Of a stretch of 20,178 nt of DNA, positions 19,157 to 20,178 are shown piece by piece. Position 1 is the stretch's first letter, and each line of letters starts with the position of its first letter. This stretch comes from Halocafeteria seosinensis (taxonomy: Eukaryota): positions 62,001 to 82,178 of the forward strand of contig LVLI01000359.1 of the NCBI GenBank assembly GCA_001687465.1. The letters run 5' to 3'. The notes below the pieces were generated by a model. It searched no databases. It was given only the letters and a program-made list of their open reading frames with translations, and had not been told where the DNA came from. The position numbers and the translations under genes are program-made.

Positions 19157-20076
19157 TTTCCACCGAAGAGTATCAACTCCCGACCAGGAGGCATCAATGA
19201 ATACATAGCTCTCGTCTTCAGTTGCGTTATCCACTGCCCAAAATGAGGAGTCTAGGAGTCAAATCCTACCCGTGGTTACCCGTGCAGACACCCGTAGCAT
19301 ATATATGTCTCCCAAGCGCGGTGCGAGCTAGATGCACTTCCGTCTTAGCAGAAACTTTCACTCTTTCCAACAAAATCCCCTTGTCAATTGCCTATTCAAT
19401 TCTGCATGAGTTATCTCATCGATTAAGCGAGCTAGGTTTGTTTTCGAAGCCGAAATCAATCCATTTTCGGCATGTCTCCGTCTCGGCTTGCGACGGGAAA
19501 CAGCGCAGTGTCGCGTACCCCTTCAACAAGACAATCATTAGTTGAAATGTGTCCTTCCGGAACAGTACATATTGACGTCAATAGTTGTTGCGTATTGGGA
19601 TAGGTGATAGAGTTAGGTAGTAGTGTATCGATCGATGAATGAGCTCCAAAAAGAAGCGAGGTAGTGGGGTGGACAGCCCTGGCACATCTGGACCATCACC
19701 ACGTTCTGTGTTCTTCCACAGGAGCGTGTGTCTTGGTAGTGCTACCGGAAGACATGTCTGCGACAGGCTACGCTAAGCCGATGAACCCTACTCGGAACCG
19801 GTCCAACAGGAGCGAGGGCGTTTCGGCTGTTGTCCCTTTGTTGTTGATGTGTGCATTTTCACGGCGGTAGGACCAATACCTGTGTACTACCAATACACAC
19901 GGAAGCTTGTTCCTAATATTAGGTCGGATCCCAGTGATCTTTTGTATCCTGTGGACATGAATTAGCGTCGGTTTCGGTACATCTGCGTCGGTGGCGCCCT
20001 ACAGATTTTACAATGAGCCCCGTGGCCAGAATACACTGTACATGTAATGGGTACAATCCGCACGGTTGGGGGTTGC

Positions 20077-20079
<3 letters not shown>

Positions 20080-20128
<49 letters not shown>
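20080..20128. repeat. (CA)n microsatellite, ~24 units
   Basis: Perfect AC/CA run seen directly. Confidence 0.97.
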
Positions 20129-20131
<3 letters not shown>

Positions 20132-20165
20132 GACAGTTAGGGCCACCGGCCTAAAAAAAGTTGAC

Positions 20166-20178
20166 CACACACACACAC
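20166..20178. repeat. Second (CA)n run, cut by the window end
   Basis: The CA repeat continues to the last base. Confidence 0.85.

Noticed and set aside
17034..19620. Loose inverted similarity flanking the sulfotransferase (CTAACCTATCTACC at ~17036 versus GGTGATAGAGTTAG at ~19604) as transposon TIRs
   Set aside because: Short, low-complexity and needs indels; no target-site duplication or transposase was found.
19222..20070. Short ORFs upstream of the sulfotransferase (19222-19545, 19664-19870)
   Set aside because: Non-ATG starts, no recognisable motifs and no consistent exon chain.
20080..20178. Terminal CA runs as a telomere
   Set aside because: Pure dinucleotide microsatellite with only one TTAGGG between the runs, not a telomeric array.
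1..20178. Operon-like, CRISPR or defence-system reading of the whole window
   Set aside because: The genes are spliceosomal-intron-containing eukaryotic housekeeping and ciliary genes in mixed orientation, with no repeat-spacer array or shared pathway.

Overview
Gene-dense eukaryotic nuclear DNA using the standard genetic code (TAA, TAG and TGA all serve as stops), with short GT-AG introns, mostly 60-78 nt. It probably comes from a flagellated protist, inferred from the ciliary genes RAB28 and CCDC113. I can support nine protein-coding genes and reconstructed their exons by hand. (1) A >=647-codon minus-strand ORF missing from the ORF track: prion-like Q/P/G/Y N-terminus plus a SKICH-like domain, running off the left edge. 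(2) A DUF455 ferritin-like di-iron protein. (3) RAB28. (4) CCDC113/CFAP263 with a long acidic N-terminus. (5) NOP56. (6) An unrecognised protein with an S1/OB-like domain, PAM2 motif, polyQ and Pro/Tyr-rich tail. (7) RNA Pol III subunit RPC34/POLR3F. (8) UBE2G2/Ubc7. (9) An intronless type II membrane HS6ST-like sulfotransferase. There are CT and CA microsatellites. I see no mobile element, rRNA, bona fide tRNA or CRISPR array, and no convincing multi-gene novel system. The best leads are single-gene: the S1-like/PAM2 protein, the prion-like SKICH-like protein and the sulfotransferase. A few weaker non-coding candidates are also listed. All family calls come from remembered motifs, not database searches.
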